In this document: positions 11,006 to 21,292 of the stretch, one piece after another
How the letters are laid out: each line of letters opens with the position of its first letter
Numbering within the stretch: the first letter of the stretch is position 1
Assembly: GCA_039638295.1 (NCBI GenBank)
Contig: JBDIWJ010000007.1
Span: forward strand, 1-55,850
DNA from: Candidatus Phoenicimicrobium oleiphilum
GTDB lineage: Bacteria; Atribacterota; Phoenicimicrobiia; Phoenicimicrobiales; Phoenicimicrobiaceae
DNA length: 55,850 nt
Direction of reading: 5' to 3'
Notes under the pieces: model-generated
Told to the model about the DNA's origin: nothing
The model's database searches: none
Seen by the model: only the letters and a program-made list of their open reading frames with translations
Made by a program: the position numbers and the translations under genes

Positions 11006-11278
11006 ATTTTATCTTTGAATATATTCCCGATTATTCTCTAAAATTAACAACTGTGTTGAATTTAACCTCCCTTAACTTCAAAATTTATCGTATGTATTTT
11101 TAAAATATTTTAAAAGACATTATTGTAAAATAATTTAAAATATGTTTTAATAAATAGTAAAATAATTAAATATATTTTAAAAATATATACACCTTAAACA
11201 TTTAACTAGAATTAAAGCTGAAGTTTTTGGTATGTCGCTTAGCTGACATTCCACCGGGGAAAAGAGGATAAAGTCAAA

Positions 11279-11833
11279 ATGATAGCTGAAAATGTAAAAC
11301 TGGGAAATAAGATCCGCAAGTTACGTATTTCTAAAAAAATAAACCTTACTGATTTGGCAAAAAAGATAGGTAAAACCCCCAGTTATTTAAGTCAAGTAGA
11401 AAGGGGGATGGCTTCCCCATCCATTATGGCTTTAAGAGAGATATCCAAAGTTTTGAATGTGCCCATGTTTTATTTCTTGATTGAGGATAAAAAACAAAAC
11501 ATAATAGTAAGAAAAGATGAACGTAAAGTTTTACAATTTCCTAAATCTCGTCTGACTTATGAATTACTATCACCTGATGCGAGTCAACGAATTCAGATGA
11601 TCAAAACCCGAATAAATAGAGGGGCAAGTAGCTGTACTAAACCGCTTTCTCACGAAAGTGAAGAATGTATTCTGGTGATGGAAGGAAAGATGGAAATTAA
11701 AATTGGGGATGAACTTTTCATATTAGAAGAGGGTGATAGTATCTATTACCTTGCGAGCATTCCCCATAAAATTACCAACATTGGAGACAAAGATCTTATT
11801 ATTATTTCCGCAAGTACACCCACTAATTTTTAA
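11279..11833 (+). CDS. XRE-family HTH + cupin transcriptional regulator
   Basis: LAKKIGKTPSYLSQVERG HTH; C-terminal cupin HESEE...GDSIYY...PH. Confidence 0.9.
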   Translation: MIAENVKLGNKIRKLRISKKINLTDLAKKIGKTPSYLSQVERGMASPSIMALREISKVLNVPMFYFLIEDKKQNIIVRKDERKVLQFPKSRLTYELLSPDASQRIQMIKTRINRGASSCTKPLSHESEECILVMEGKMEIKIGDELFILEEGDSIYYLASIPHKITNIGDKDLIIISASTPTNF

Positions 11834-11998
11834 AACTTATTTTTGCGGGATTTTTTCAAATAAAATAATGGTAGATTAGTAGCTGATAATCCACATTTTT
11901 ATAACTAATAATGTGTTTTTTGATAGAACTAAAAAATATAATTTATAAAAAAATTAATAAGAAGTACTGTGAGATGGAAGACAAAAAAAGGAGATAAG

Positions 11999-13375
11999 GT
12001 GTTAAGAATCAAAAATGCCCGGATTGTGAAAAATGAAGAGTTGAAAGAAGTAAACATATATGTTGAAAGAGGAAAAATAAAAGATATTGTACCTGGAGAC
12101 GAGATCTTGCTCCCCGTGGAAAAGGAAATAAATGTAAAAGGAAATATAGTATTTCCTGGCTTTATCGACCCTCATGTTCATTTTGATGACCCCGGTTTTA
12201 CTGAAAGAGAGGATTTCGAAACAGGAACCAGAAGTGCTGCGGCTGGCGGTATCACCACAATTATCGATATGCCTTGCACTTCTATCCCTCCGGTTACTAA
12301 TGGTAAAAACTTTGATTACAAATTAAATATAGTAAAACCAAAAGCTTATGTAGATTTTGCTTTCTGGGGAGGGGTAACTCCCCAGCAGGTAGAATCAGGA
12401 GAATATAGAAAAAGTTTAAAAGAGTTAAAAGATAAAGGCATTATTGGGGTGAAATTTTACACCATTTCTGGAATGAAGCTCTATCCCAGGATGACAGTCC
12501 CTGATATGGATAAAACCTTTAGAGCAGTAAAAGAGTTAAACTTAATTTGTGCAATACATGCAGAAGATTGTTATCTGGTAGATTATTATTCCAATCTTAT
12601 GCAAGAGATGAGGAGAGAAGACCCTGAGAGTTGGTATGAAGGTAGAACATATGAAGCTGAACCAGAGGCAATATGGTCTGTGGTGGCAATTACAGAAAAA
12701 GTTAGAAATAAACTTCATATTGTCCACCTTTCTACCAAGGAAGGATTAAACATTATTCGTTGGGCGAAAGTTCAAGGATTAGATGTGAGCACAGAAACCT
12801 GCCCTCAATACTTAATCTTTACAATAGAAGATTTTAAAAAGGTTGGCTCATTATTAAAAATTGCTCCGCCTTTGCGTAAAGAAGAGGATAGGGAAGAACT
12901 TTGGAGAGGATTAAAAGATGGCTCAATCGATTTTATCAGCACTGATCATGCAGCAGGGAAATATCCGGAGGAAAAATCGGAATCAAATATCTGGAAAAAT
13001 TATGCAGGTATTCCAGGTACACAATTAGCTGTTCCCACTATACTTCATTACGGATACCACCAAGGAAGGTTAACTTTGGGTGAGATTCAGAAGCTGATGT
13101 CAGAAAATATTGCCCAAAGATATGGACTGCATCCTCAAAAAGGAGTAATAAAAGTCGGAGGTGATGCAGATTTTACCGTTGTGGATTTAGATAAGAAATG
13201 GGTAGTAGAACCCTCAAAATTAGAAAGTAAAGGTAAATATTCTCCGCTTATCGAAAAAGAGTTAACAGGAAAAATTTATATGACTATTGTTCGTGGAGAA
13301 GTAGTGTATAAAGAAGACAAAGGAATTGTTGGAACTAAAGGATATGGAAAGTTAATAAAAACTAAAATTAAGTAG
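11999..13375 (+). CDS. Allantoinase/dihydropyrimidinase-family cyclic amidohydrolase
   Basis: PGFIDPHVH, AAAGGITTIIDMP, HIVHLS, ETCPQYL, STDHA; GTG at 11999 follows SD AAGGAG. Confidence 0.85.
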   Translation: MLRIKNARIVKNEELKEVNIYVERGKIKDIVPGDEILLPVEKEINVKGNIVFPGFIDPHVHFDDPGFTEREDFETGTRSAAAGGITTIIDMPCTSIPPVTNGKNFDYKLNIVKPKAYVDFAFWGGVTPQQVESGEYRKSLKELKDKGIIGVKFYTISGMKLYPRMTVPDMDKTFRAVKELNLICAIHAEDCYLVDYYSNLMQEMRREDPESWYEGRTYEAEPEAIWSVVAITEKVRNKLHIVHLSTKEGLNIIRWAKVQGLDVSTETCPQYLIFTIEDFKKVGSLLKIAPPLRKEEDREELWRGLKDGSIDFISTDHAAGKYPEEKSESNIWKNYAGIPGTQLAVPTILHYGYHQGRLTLGEIQKLMSENIAQRYGLHPQKGVIKVGGDADFTVVDLDKKWVVEPSKLESKGKYSPLIEKELTGKIYMTIVRGEVVYKEDKGIVGTKGYGKLIKTKIK

Positions 13376-13568
13376 AACATCTTAGGTATTATAAATTTTA
13401 ATTGAGGTACATCTTTTAAAAATTTTAATTTTGAAAAAGTATTAGAAAAAAATAAAAGAATATGAATAAAATATATCCAAATCTTTAGGGGTATGATTAC
13501 AATTTTAGTAATTTATCTTAGTAATTATTTAAATAAAATTCATCCATAGAAAGGGAGGAAGCTGATAA

Positions 13569-14552
13569 ATGCAAACTATATTTAAAGGTAAACATTTTAT
13601 TACACTTCAGGAGTGGACTAATGAAGAAATAGACACCTTGCTTGAAGTCTCTTTTGATTTAAAGAAAAAATTTGCTATGGGTATACCAACTCCTTATTTA
13701 CTATATAAAACAATATTTTTAATGTTTTTTGAACAGTCAACCCGAACCAGAAACTCTATGGAAGCAGGAATTGCTCATTTAGGTGGTCATGGTACTTTTC
13801 TAGATACCAGCACCATGCAAATATCTCACGGTGAGGCAATTAAAGATACAGCTATTATTTTATCCAGATATGGTCATGCTATAGCTTGTAGAAATTGTTT
13901 CTGGGAAGTAGGGAATAAATATTTGAGAGAAATGGCAAAGTGGTCTACGGTTCCGATTTTGAATTTACAATGTGACTTATATCATCCTATGCAAGGAATT
14001 GCTGATTTAATGACTATGAGAGAAAAAGTCGGAGATTTAAAAGGTACTAAGGTATCTATTATCTGGGCTTATGCAACCAGTCATAAGAAACCAATTTCAG
14101 TTCCACTTACACAAGTTCTTTTGTTCCCGAGATATGGAATGGATGTGACACTTGCCTATCCAAAAGGATTTGAGTTGCCAGATTGGGCTATTAAACAAGC
14201 TAAAGAAAATGCTGAAAAACACGGTGGAACCTTAATCTTAACTCATGATATGGAAGAAGCGTATAGAGGGGCAGATATAGTTATACCCAAGAATTGGGGA
14301 AGTTGGGTAACTAATCAAAAAGACGAAGTAGTGGATGCTTTGCTTGAGTCCTGCAATACCTGGAAATGTACTGAGAAAATGATGAAACTTGCCAATAAGG
14401 ATGTAATGTATATGCACGCACTCCCAGCTGATAGAGAGAAGGAAGTTGAAAATTCAGTTATTGATGGCTCCCATTCTATTGTATATGATGAAGCAGAGAA
14501 TAGATTACATACAGCAAAAGCAGTTATGACACTCACCATGGGTGGTAAATAA
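13569..14552 (+). CDS. YgeW-like carbamoyltransferase
   Basis: STRTR, HPMQ, WAYATSHKKPISVP loop typical of YgeW/AOTC-type enzymes, MHALPADR, EAENRLH. Confidence 0.8.
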   Translation: MQTIFKGKHFITLQEWTNEEIDTLLEVSFDLKKKFAMGIPTPYLLYKTIFLMFFEQSTRTRNSMEAGIAHLGGHGTFLDTSTMQISHGEAIKDTAIILSRYGHAIACRNCFWEVGNKYLREMAKWSTVPILNLQCDLYHPMQGIADLMTMREKVGDLKGTKVSIIWAYATSHKKPISVPLTQVLLFPRYGMDVTLAYPKGFELPDWAIKQAKENAEKHGGTLILTHDMEEAYRGADIVIPKNWGSWVTNQKDEVVDALLESCNTWKCTEKMMKLANKDVMYMHALPADREKEVENSVIDGSHSIVYDEAENRLHTAKAVMTLTMGGK

Positions 14553-14740
14553 AACATAGAAAGTTTAGTTAATATAGTTTCCTTAGAAATTTATTAATCA
14601 AAAATAATTGTAACTAGATCATAGAAGATTAAAATAGAATAGTTTTATGAACAGTTGAGTATACTAAAAGGGTAAAAATTATATCTATTATTTATGATAA
14701 TATTTAGAAAATTAGATTTTCGAGAGGATGGAGTTGATAG

Positions 14741-15691
14741 ATGACTAAATTAGCAGTATTAGCTATTGGAGGTAATTCCTTAATTAAAGATAAACAACAT
14801 GAGACTGTGGAAGATCAATACAATGCAGTATGTGAAACAGCTAAACACATTGCTGGAATGGTTGAACAAGGGTATGATGTAGTAGTTACTCATGGTAATG
14901 GTCCTCAGGTAGGGTTTATCTTGAGACGTTCAGAAATTGCCCACCAGATAGCAGGGATGCATCTTGTGCCTTTAGTAAACTGTGGGGCAGATACTCAAGG
15001 GGCTATTGGGTATCAGATTCAACAATCTCTCTATAATGAATTTAAAAGGAGAGGGATTAAAAAGAATGCAGCTACGGTAGTGACTCAAGTGGTGGTAGAT
15101 AAAAATGACCTTGCATTCCAGAATCCTACTAAACCCATAGGTACATTCTATACCAAAGAACGAGCAGAAGAACTGCAAAAAGAACATCCTGATTGGGTTA
15201 TTATTAATGATGCAGGAAGGGGATACAGGAGAGTCGTTCCTTCTCCTATGCCAGTAGAAATTGTAGAACAAGAAGCCATTAAGATGTTGGTGAAAAACGG
15301 CTTTAGTGTGGTCGGTGTTGGTGGAGGCGGAATTCCTGTAATTCGTAAAGATGATGGTACATTAGAAGGAGTAGATGCAGTTATCGATAAAGATAATGCC
15401 TCAAGTCTTCTGGCAATAAATATTAAAGCAGATGTCTTTATTATCTCTACCGCAGTAGAGAAAGTATATTTGAACTTTAATCAACCAAATCAAATTGCCT
15501 TAGATAGATTAACTGTAGTAGAGGCTAAAAAATATATTGAGGAAGGGCATTTTGCCAAAGGAAGTATGCTTCCCAAAATTCAGGCAATTATAAGATTTCT
15601 GGAAGCTGGAGGGAAAGAGGCAATTGTAACTAATCCAGAGTCTTTAGAGAAAGCACTAAAAGGTGAAACCGGAACCCATATCTATTCTTAA
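14741..15691 (+). CDS. arcC: Carbamate kinase
   Basis: AIGGNSL, THGNGPQVG, PTKPIG, RRVVPSP, GGGGIPV, VIDKD, GSMLPK. Confidence 0.95.
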   Translation: MTKLAVLAIGGNSLIKDKQHETVEDQYNAVCETAKHIAGMVEQGYDVVVTHGNGPQVGFILRRSEIAHQIAGMHLVPLVNCGADTQGAIGYQIQQSLYNEFKRRGIKKNAATVVTQVVVDKNDLAFQNPTKPIGTFYTKERAEELQKEHPDWVIINDAGRGYRRVVPSPMPVEIVEQEAIKMLVKNGFSVVGVGGGGIPVIRKDDGTLEGVDAVIDKDNASSLLAINIKADVFIISTAVEKVYLNFNQPNQIALDRLTVVEAKKYIEEGHFAKGSMLPKIQAIIRFLEAGGKEAIVTNPESLEKALKGETGTHIYS

Positions 15692-15818
15692 AAAACAACC
15701 ATTTTAGCTACATAATTTATCTTATTTTAGTATTGCTTATTCTGTAGCTTTGTCTTTTAAACTTTATATTAATTATTGTGACAACTTTATTAGAAATTCT
15801 ATTAATTAGGAAAGGAAA

Positions 15819-17054
15819 ATGGATATGAGTTATGTAAAGAAATTAAAATGTTTATTGTGTGGAACAGAATACGGTTCAGATGAAGTAAAATATAATTGTC
15901 CAAATTGCGGAGACGAAGGCGTTTTAGAAATTATTTATAACTATCCTGAGATAAAAAAAGTTTTTAATCAGGAATCCCTTATAAAAAATCAAGAATATTC
16001 GATGTGGAGGTACTTACCTCTTTTACCGGTGGATGATCCCACCAAAATTGGTCCGTCAAAAGTTGGTTGGACTCCCTTATATGAGGCTAAAAGAATAAGA
16101 GAAGATTTAGGAATGCCAAATCTCTGGATTAAAGATGACGGAAGGAACCCCACTGCCTCTTTAAAAGATAGACCTTCTGCTATTGCTTTAGTAAAGGCTC
16201 AGGAATTAGGAGAAAAAATTGTTACCTGTGCCTCTACTGGTAATGCAGCCTCGTCTCTTGCTGGTGCTGCTGCCTCAGTAGGATTAAAGAGTTACATTTT
16301 TGTTCCTCAAACTGCACCAAGTGCTAAGATTGCCCAGCTTTTGGTATTTGACTCAACTGTCTTCGCGGTAAAAGGAACTTATGATGAAGCCTTTGATCTG
16401 TCCATTGAAGCTACCAGAGAATTTGGATGGTATAACCGAAATACTGCTTTTAATCCTTATATGGTAGAGGGGAAAAAGACGGTAGCTTTAGAAATTATTG
16501 AGCAAATGAGTTTTGAGGTGCCCGATTATCTTTTTGTCCCGGTAGGAGATGGTTGTATCATTTCCGGTGTGGCTAAGGCTTACAAAGATATGTTTTCCCT
16601 AGGTTTTATTAATCATTTGCCTAAACTGGTGGCGGTACAAGCCGAAGGATGTAAACCCATTGTAGAGGCAGTAAATAGTGATGGGGAAGTGAAATTTGTG
16701 GAACCAAATACAATTGCCGATAGTATTGCTGTAGGGATTCCCAGAAATCGTCTAATGGCAGTAAGAGATGTAAAAGAATCGAAAGGATTTGGTGTTGCGG
16801 TAAGTGATAAGGAGATACTGGAAGCGATTAAATATTTGGGGACAACACAAGGTATTTTTGCTGAACCGGCTGGCTCCACTGCCTTTGCTGGTATGATAAA
16901 AGCATTACAAGAAGGAATTATCTCTAAAAATGATAAAGTTGTGGTTCTAGTTACCGGAAGTGGTTTAAAAGATGTGGAAAGTGCCAAAAAAGCAGGGGGG
17001 AGGGCTTTAATAATAGACCCCACTTTAGAAGCAGTAAAGGAGATAATAAACTAA
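15819..17054 (+). CDS. Threonine-synthase-like PLP enzyme (fold type II) with N-terminal Zn ribbon
   Basis: CxxC..CxxC, NPTASLKDR (PLP Lys), ASTGNAA, EGKKT, PVGDG, TGSGLKD. Confidence 0.85.
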   Translation: MDMSYVKKLKCLLCGTEYGSDEVKYNCPNCGDEGVLEIIYNYPEIKKVFNQESLIKNQEYSMWRYLPLLPVDDPTKIGPSKVGWTPLYEAKRIREDLGMPNLWIKDDGRNPTASLKDRPSAIALVKAQELGEKIVTCASTGNAASSLAGAAASVGLKSYIFVPQTAPSAKIAQLLVFDSTVFAVKGTYDEAFDLSIEATREFGWYNRNTAFNPYMVEGKKTVALEIIEQMSFEVPDYLFVPVGDGCIISGVAKAYKDMFSLGFINHLPKLVAVQAEGCKPIVEAVNSDGEVKFVEPNTIADSIAVGIPRNRLMAVRDVKESKGFGVAVSDKEILEAIKYLGTTQGIFAEPAGSTAFAGMIKALQEGIISKNDKVVVLVTGSGLKDVESAKKAGGRALIIDPTLEAVKEIIN

Positions 17055-17056
17055 AA

Positions 17057-18181
17057 GTGAACGATACCGAAAAAAAAGAATTAAATGATCTTCTTCGGAA
17101 TCTCATTCAAATTGAAAGTGTAAATCCTCCGGGGAATGAAAATCAAATTGCTGAATTTATAGTGAAGTTTCTTTTAAAAAACAATATTTACGCAGAGTTA
17201 GTTCCCTTAGAAGAAGGCAGGAGTTCGGTTATTGCAAAAATTGAAGGAGAAGAAGAGAGAGATATCACCTTTTGTGGTCATCTAGATACGGTGAGAGTGA
17301 ATGAAGAGAATTGGACAAAACCCGTTTTTGAAGGATTGATTGAAAACGGAAAAATGTACGGTATAGGGGCATCAGATATGAAGGGTGGAGTAGCTGCCAT
17401 CCTTTACACTGCAGTACTTTTAAAAAAAAGGGGGAGTATACCCAAAAAAACAGTTAAATTTGCCCTTACTGCAGATGAAGAATGGAGATATAGAGGTGCG
17501 AAGAGTTTAGTTGACGGGGGTTATTTTGAGCGGACAGATTTTCTTATTATCACCGAACCTTCCAACCTTTACGTTTCTACCGCGGAAAAAGGAGAATTAT
17601 GGATGAGAGTTAAATTTTTCGGGAAATCTGCGCATGGTTCAACTCCTGAGGCAGGAGTAAACACTATTATTCCGGCGAGTAAACTTATTGTAAATGTTAC
17701 CGAAAAATGTGGAAAAATATTTGAAACAGATTCTTTTTGGGGTAAAACTTCAATAAATATTGGAAAATTTCAAGGTGGAACACAGGTAAACATTGTCCCT
17801 AATTATTCAGAAGTGGACTTTGATTTCAGAGTGATTTCAGAAAAAGATAAAGAAAAAGCAATAGAATTAGTCAGAACATTAGGAGAGGAAATTGCAAAAA
17901 AACATAAGGTGCGGTTTACAGAAGAGATTTTTAACTACCACTCTCCGATCTTTACCAGCTCAGATAACCCTTTTGTAAAAAAGTTTTTACAAGCAGCCGG
18001 AATGAAGGAAGTGATAGTTACTAAATACTGCACTGATGGAGCAACAATCATCCCGGAAAAGAAGATACCTTTTATTATTTTTGGACCCGGTGATATTGCC
18101 CAGGCTCATCAAAATGATGAATATATTGAATTAGAATCTCTTTATCGAGCAGTAGATACATTTTTAAAATTCTTAACGTGA
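17057..18181 (+). CDS. M20 metallo-hydrolase (ArgE/DapE/YgeY-like)
   Basis: GHLDTV, SDMKGG, DEE, EPS, AHGS, AHQNDE. Confidence 0.88.
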   Translation: MNDTEKKELNDLLRNLIQIESVNPPGNENQIAEFIVKFLLKNNIYAELVPLEEGRSSVIAKIEGEEERDITFCGHLDTVRVNEENWTKPVFEGLIENGKMYGIGASDMKGGVAAILYTAVLLKKRGSIPKKTVKFALTADEEWRYRGAKSLVDGGYFERTDFLIITEPSNLYVSTAEKGELWMRVKFFGKSAHGSTPEAGVNTIIPASKLIVNVTEKCGKIFETDSFWGKTSINIGKFQGGTQVNIVPNYSEVDFDFRVISEKDKEKAIELVRTLGEEIAKKHKVRFTEEIFNYHSPIFTSSDNPFVKKFLQAAGMKEVIVTKYCTDGATIIPEKKIPFIIFGPGDIAQAHQNDEYIELESLYRAVDTFLKFLT

Positions 18182-18199
18182 CAAAGAGTGTCTCCTATT

Positions 18200-18605
18200 G
18201 AGTGGGTTACAGGTTATGAGTTGCAAGATTAACTCGTATATATTATTTCGTGAATCGTATCTCGCATATTAGTGTAGAGTGTTTAGTGTACAGCGTATAG
18301 AAAAATACAGTGATGAGTAATATGTAATGAGTAACAAGTGAAGGTTACGAGTTACAAGTTTACAACTTCGGAGGCAGTGGTTCGATAAATCGAACTCCTT
18401 TCGGATCGAATAAATTCGGTCCCTACAAAAGACAGTAAACCTTTTGTGATTTCTTAATCGGTAGATTTCGAGGTTTTAATCCTCATTTTCACGGGGATAG
18501 AATTTTAAATTATAGTTTTTACTTACCCACTTTTGCGGGCATAAGTTTAGCTTTAAGTTTTCAATTTAATAAAAACCATACGCTAAACGCTATATGCAAT
18601 ACTTT
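18200..18605. repeat. Mosaic intergenic repeat: heptamer tracts plus REP-like palindromes
   Basis: tcgtgaatcgtatctcg, gtaatgagtaa, gttacgagttaca, gtttacaacttcggagg; segments recur at 41800, 52225 and 55450-55650. Confidence 0.7.
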
Positions 18606-18642
18606 TCATTAACTAAAACTAATATAAAAAGGAGGACATGAA

Positions 18643-20103
18643 ATGATTGATTTAACTATCAACGAAGAGCAACTTAAGAGAACTATAGAAAGGGCTAGAG
18701 AAAAAAATATTATCATCCCCACTTTTGAACAGATGAAAAATCCACAACTTGTACCAGATAAAATTAAAGATAAGTTAAAAGATGTGGGATTGTGGGATAT
18801 TAATCCCTATAATCTTTTTCGAATAACATGGAAAAATGAACCAGTAAAAAAAGGCGGACTCTTTAACGGGGTCAATTTTATCGAATTACCCCCTGAATTA
18901 ACCGGGGTTAAGGCCCGAATTATTGGGCTAGTAGGTAAATGGTTTCCTACTGGTGCTCATAAAGTGGGGGCTACCTTTGGGTGCTTGGTTCCCAGATTGG
19001 TTACCGGGCAATTTGACCCTACTTCTCAGAAAGCAGTTTGGCCTTCTACCGGCAATTACTGCCGGGGTGGAGCCTACAATGCCGAACTTCTCTCTTGTGA
19101 GTCAATTGCCATTCTACCGGAAGGAATGAGTAAAGAGCGTTTTGACTGGTTATCCAAGGTAGCTGGAGAAGTAATTGCAACTCCCGGAACAGAGAGTAAT
19201 GTAAAAGAGATTTTCGATAAGACCTGGGAGTTAAAAAAGACTAGGGATAATGTAGTAATATTTAATCAATTTGATGAGTTTGGTAATCACCTCTGGCATT
19301 ATGAAATTACTGGTCATGCTATGGAAGAAGTTTTGTCTCAGATTATGAGTTCAAAGGATAATTATGCCGGAGTGGTTTTAACTACTGGTTCCGCTGGTAC
19401 TCTGGGTTGCGGAGATTATATGAAAGAAAAATTTCCTACTAGTAAAATAGCTGCTGGTGAAGCCCTACAATGTCCCACACTTCTTGCAAATGGTTTTGGC
19501 GCTCATCGTATTGAGGGGATAGGTGATAAACATATCCCTTGGATTCATAATGCAAAAAATACTGATATGGTTATTGCTGTAGATGACAACAATTGTATGG
19601 GGATAGTTCGTTTATTTAATGAACCCGTGGGGCAAAAGTATTTAATCAAAAAAGGTGTTTCTGCAGAAATAATTGAAAATTTACCCTTAATGGGTATTTC
19701 CAGTGTGGCTAATATGATTATGGCTATCAAGTTTGCCAAATATTATGAACTTACCGAAAAAGATATAGTTCTAACTGTCTTTACTGATTCTATGGAACTT
19801 TATAGTTCCAGATTAAAAGAGTTAGAAGAAGAGTTTGGACCCTATGATGAAGATGATGCAGCTATCGATTTTCATCGTAACTTGCAGGCACTTTCTATTG
19901 ATTATATGCAAGAATTGACATATTATGATAAGAAGAGAATTCATAATCTAAAATACTTTACCTGGATAGAACAACAGGGGAAGGATTTAGAGGAGCTAGA
20001 TGCTCAATGGTATGATTATGAAAACTACTGGAATGGTATTCACCGACAAGCTAATGAAATAGATAGATTAATTAAGGAATTTAATAAGAGAGTGGGCCTT
20101 TAG
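18643..20103 (+). CDS. PLP-dependent enzyme, tryptophan-synthase-beta fold, substrate unknown
   Basis: FPTGAHKVG (PLP Lys), PSTGNY, FNQF, TTGSAGTL, HRIEGIG. Confidence 0.8.
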   Translation: MIDLTINEEQLKRTIERAREKNIIIPTFEQMKNPQLVPDKIKDKLKDVGLWDINPYNLFRITWKNEPVKKGGLFNGVNFIELPPELTGVKARIIGLVGKWFPTGAHKVGATFGCLVPRLVTGQFDPTSQKAVWPSTGNYCRGGAYNAELLSCESIAILPEGMSKERFDWLSKVAGEVIATPGTESNVKEIFDKTWELKKTRDNVVIFNQFDEFGNHLWHYEITGHAMEEVLSQIMSSKDNYAGVVLTTGSAGTLGCGDYMKEKFPTSKIAAGEALQCPTLLANGFGAHRIEGIGDKHIPWIHNAKNTDMVIAVDDNNCMGIVRLFNEPVGQKYLIKKGVSAEIIENLPLMGISSVANMIMAIKFAKYYELTEKDIVLTVFTDSMELYSSRLKELEEEFGPYDEDDAAIDFHRNLQALSIDYMQELTYYDKKRIHNLKYFTWIEQQGKDLEELDAQWYDYENYWNGIHRQANEIDRLIKEFNKRVGL

Positions 20104-20184
20104 GCCAGATATATTAAATTATTAATTATTGGTTACTAATAAAATAAATAAACGAATGTAATTAAAAAAAATAGGAGGTTTCCA

Positions 20185-21138
20185 ATGCGTAGTTTCTTAG
20201 GAAGAGATATCCTTTCTTTAAAGGATTTTGAGAGAGAAGATTTTTTTAGAATTTTCGAAGTTGCTAAAAAATTCGAGCCTATTGCAAAAAATCGTAAAAA
20301 CATTAACATTCTGGCTGATAAAACTATGGTAACCGCGTTCTATCAACCAAGCACTCGTACTCGCTTGTCTCATGAGGCAGCCATGCACCGTCTTGGAGGT
20401 CATGTGCTTGGTTTTGCGGATGCGAAAATGACCCGAGCTGGTGATTTCTACCAGGAAAGTATTAAAGATACTGTTAAAATGTTAGAATATTATGGTGATG
20501 TGATTGTTATGCGCCATTTTCAACAGGGTGCCCCCGCTGAAGCAGCAAAATGGGCTAGTGTACCTGTAATTAATGCCGGTGATGGTTGGGGAGAGCATCC
20601 AACTCAGGTTTTAACCGACCTGTATACTATTCTGCAGGAAAAAGGCACTATTGATGGTTTGACTTTCCTTTGCGTTGGCGATATGCGTATGCGTACTATG
20701 CACTCCATTTCATACGCACTTACACAATTTGATGCACGAGTTATTTACGTGGCCCCTCCTGCAATGTCAATGACAGAAGAATTTAAAGCCGAGTTAAAAA
20801 ATTACAATTTGCGTTTTAAGACAGCCGAACATGTTGCTGATGTCATTAATGAAGCGGATGTTATCTATATGGAACCTGTTGTACAGGCTGATTACACTGT
20901 AGCTCGTGAAGAAGTGAAATCAGATAAAGGCTTAACTCCGGATAATTACTGTGTAACTCGCGAACTTTTGGAAAAGAAAGCAAAGTCCAATGCAATTATA
21001 TTGCATTCCCTTCCGAGAATGGATGAACTACCGCCGGATGTCGATATCACCCGACATTCCCGTTATTGGCAGGAAGCCTTTAACGGTGTTGTTTTAAAAA
21101 TGGGTTTACTCTCATTAATTCTAGGCGCCGAAGAATAA
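20185..21138 (+). CDS. Aspartate-carbamoyltransferase-like protein with divergent acceptor site
   Basis: PSTRTRLS, NAGDGWGEHPTQ, HSLPR. Confidence 0.82.
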   Translation: MRSFLGRDILSLKDFEREDFFRIFEVAKKFEPIAKNRKNINILADKTMVTAFYQPSTRTRLSHEAAMHRLGGHVLGFADAKMTRAGDFYQESIKDTVKMLEYYGDVIVMRHFQQGAPAEAAKWASVPVINAGDGWGEHPTQVLTDLYTILQEKGTIDGLTFLCVGDMRMRTMHSISYALTQFDARVIYVAPPAMSMTEEFKAELKNYNLRFKTAEHVADVINEADVIYMEPVVQADYTVAREEVKSDKGLTPDNYCVTRELLEKKAKSNAIILHSLPRMDELPPDVDITRHSRYWQEAFNGVVLKMGLLSLILGAEE

Positions 21139-21292
21139 ATTTCTGTTAAAAAACAAAATGATTCTATGTAGTTGGGAAAATAACTACGCTAGAAGTAAAA
21201 CTTTTATGTGGAGAAGTTACACTAGTATTATACATATAACTATGACAGGAGACAATTTCGACTGAAAATGTCTCCTATCACGCATTTGGGAG

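Noticed and set aside
18179..18232. Sec read-through of the M20 gene UGA
   Set aside because: The protein is complete at the stop, the downstream sequence is repeat DNA and there is no SECIS-like hairpin
18200..18605. Possible CRISPR array in the periodic intergenic tracts (also 41800 and 52000)
   Set aside because: Periods are 7-8 nt and degenerate; there are no 25-40 nt identical repeats with unique spacers and no cas genes
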